From positions 248,001 to 312,000 of the forward strand of contig JAVHYY010000292.1 in assembly GCA_035221665.1 (NCBI GenBank): a stretch of 64,000 nt of DNA, read 5' to 3'. The notes under the pieces were generated by a model that worked only from the letters and a program-made list of their open reading frames with translations, did no database searches and was not told the DNA's origin. Below, piece after piece: positions 62,779-64,000 of the stretch. The position numbers and the translations under genes were made by a program. This DNA is from Okamejei kenojei (taxonomy: Eukaryota). The number at the start of each line of letters is the position of its first letter. Position 1 is the first letter of the stretch.

Positions 62779-63432
62779 ATTATCCACTTTAATATGTGAC
62801 GGATCTGCTCCGCCATCTACTGGCTGCGTCTCTTGTGACTTTCTTCAAACTGATAATTAGGTTTGAGCTAAACAAAAAGCGCAAACTGCTGGATAGCTCC
62901 TCGGGGCAGCGAACTTGGCCCAGCTGCTTCGTGAATGACATTCATACAGTGTAGGGATGCGCATTATGTTCACTTCCATTTGCAACTTTTCACCAAACAG
63001 GGCAGTTCATTTGTACAGCAAACATGATCTAAGCAGCATCTTGTCGATTACCATGTGCCCCGCTAGTGCTGGCACTGATCATCTTCAACAAGAAGGAGTT
63101 AAACTACATTTCGTTGATATTCATTTGGATTACTGTTGGCTCCACATTCACTTCTCTGGAGGTTAGCATTGAGCAGTAACTCAACTGGACCAGCCATGTA
63201 AATTCAACAAAAGTAGTTCAGGGGGAGGGGTTATGAATTCTACAGCGAACAACTCACCTTTTGACAAACCCAAGCCAATACAAGTTCCACCCTGCCCCAG
63301 AGAGGAGAAGTGTAAATGTCCTCCAATTGCCAGCTTAGTAATATATCACCAATGACCAAGACCACCAATAAACTTTAATTATCTCAGTGATCTTCCAATC
63401 TATCCATTGCCTCAGCCATCAGCATATCATGA

Positions 63433-63690
63433 TTAGTTTAGTTTAGAGATGCAGCACAGAAAAGAACCCTTCGGCCCACCGTGCCGTGCAGACTCACGAC
63501 CCCCACACGCTACCATACACCAGGGCCAATTTACAATATTACCAAATCCAATTAACCTCTTTGGAGATTGGGAGGAAACCAGAGCACCTGTAGAAAACTC
63601 ATGCTGTTCACGGGGAGAACGTACAAACTCCGTACAGACAGGATCAATCCCAGGTCTCTGGCACTGAAAGGCAGCAACTACCACTGTATG
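63433..63690 (-). mobile_element. V-SINE (HE1-like)
   Basis: Reversed tail ttagtttagtttagagatgcagc and reversed V-domain cacggggagaacgtacaaactccgtacagaca. Confidence 0.85.
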
Positions 63691-63853
63691 GTTGCAGCGG
63701 CCTCATTGGTGAACAATACTACTCCTCTTTAACCAATGATTTCTACTTTAAATAAGCAAGCAGACCGTGACAGCAGTGGAACGCTGCCATGTTTAGTAGA
63801 ACACAGGGTGCTGGAGTAACTCAGTGGGTCAGGCAGCATTTCTGGAGGACATA

Positions 63854-64000
63854 CAGTGCCCTTCATAATGTTTGGGACAAAGACCCATAATTTATTTATT
63901 TGCCTCTGCACTCCACAATTTGAGATTTGCAATAGAAAAAAATCACATGTGGTTAAAGTGTACTTTGTCAGATTTTATTAAAGGCCATTTTTATGCATTT
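63854..64000 (+). mobile_element. Left end of a Tc1/mariner-like DNA transposon, inserted in a pLTR fragment
   Basis: TA|CAGTGCCCTTCATAATGTTTGGGACA terminus; runs off the window. Confidence 0.65.

Overview
Repeat-rich vertebrate genomic DNA, most likely a cartilaginous fish (shark/skate/ray, inferred from HE1/V-SINE-like SINEs and abundant CR1 and Penelope-like elements). The only host gene is a + strand, multi-exon, membrane-bound group-B SRCR receptor of the CD163/WC1 type. It has six SRCR exons (9.3-18.0 kb), a transmembrane exon carrying a Glu, Tyr-bearing cytoplasmic exons and a terminal exon with polyA signals at about 28.2 kb. A diverged orphan copy of that terminal exon lies at about 49.8-50.3 kb. 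The rest is layered transposons. (i) Neptune-type Penelope-like elements (RT + GIY-YIG) have pseudo-LTRs carrying minimal hammerhead-ribozyme motifs; they form a size series from a 4.4 kb inverted-repeat element down to a 62-bp fold-back insertion, with 14-15 bp TSDs on the young copies. (ii) Three non-autonomous Helitrons filled with kb-long polypyrimidine tracts form a head-to-tail array (42.7-49.5 kb). (iii) There are also CR1 LINEs, an internal Tx1-like RT fragment captured in a Penelope endonuclease, solo LTRs, Tc1 fragments and SINEs. One N gap lies at 14284-14677. Coordinates were read by eye; TE boundaries without a stated TSD are approximate, and family assignments are from recalled motifs, not database searches.
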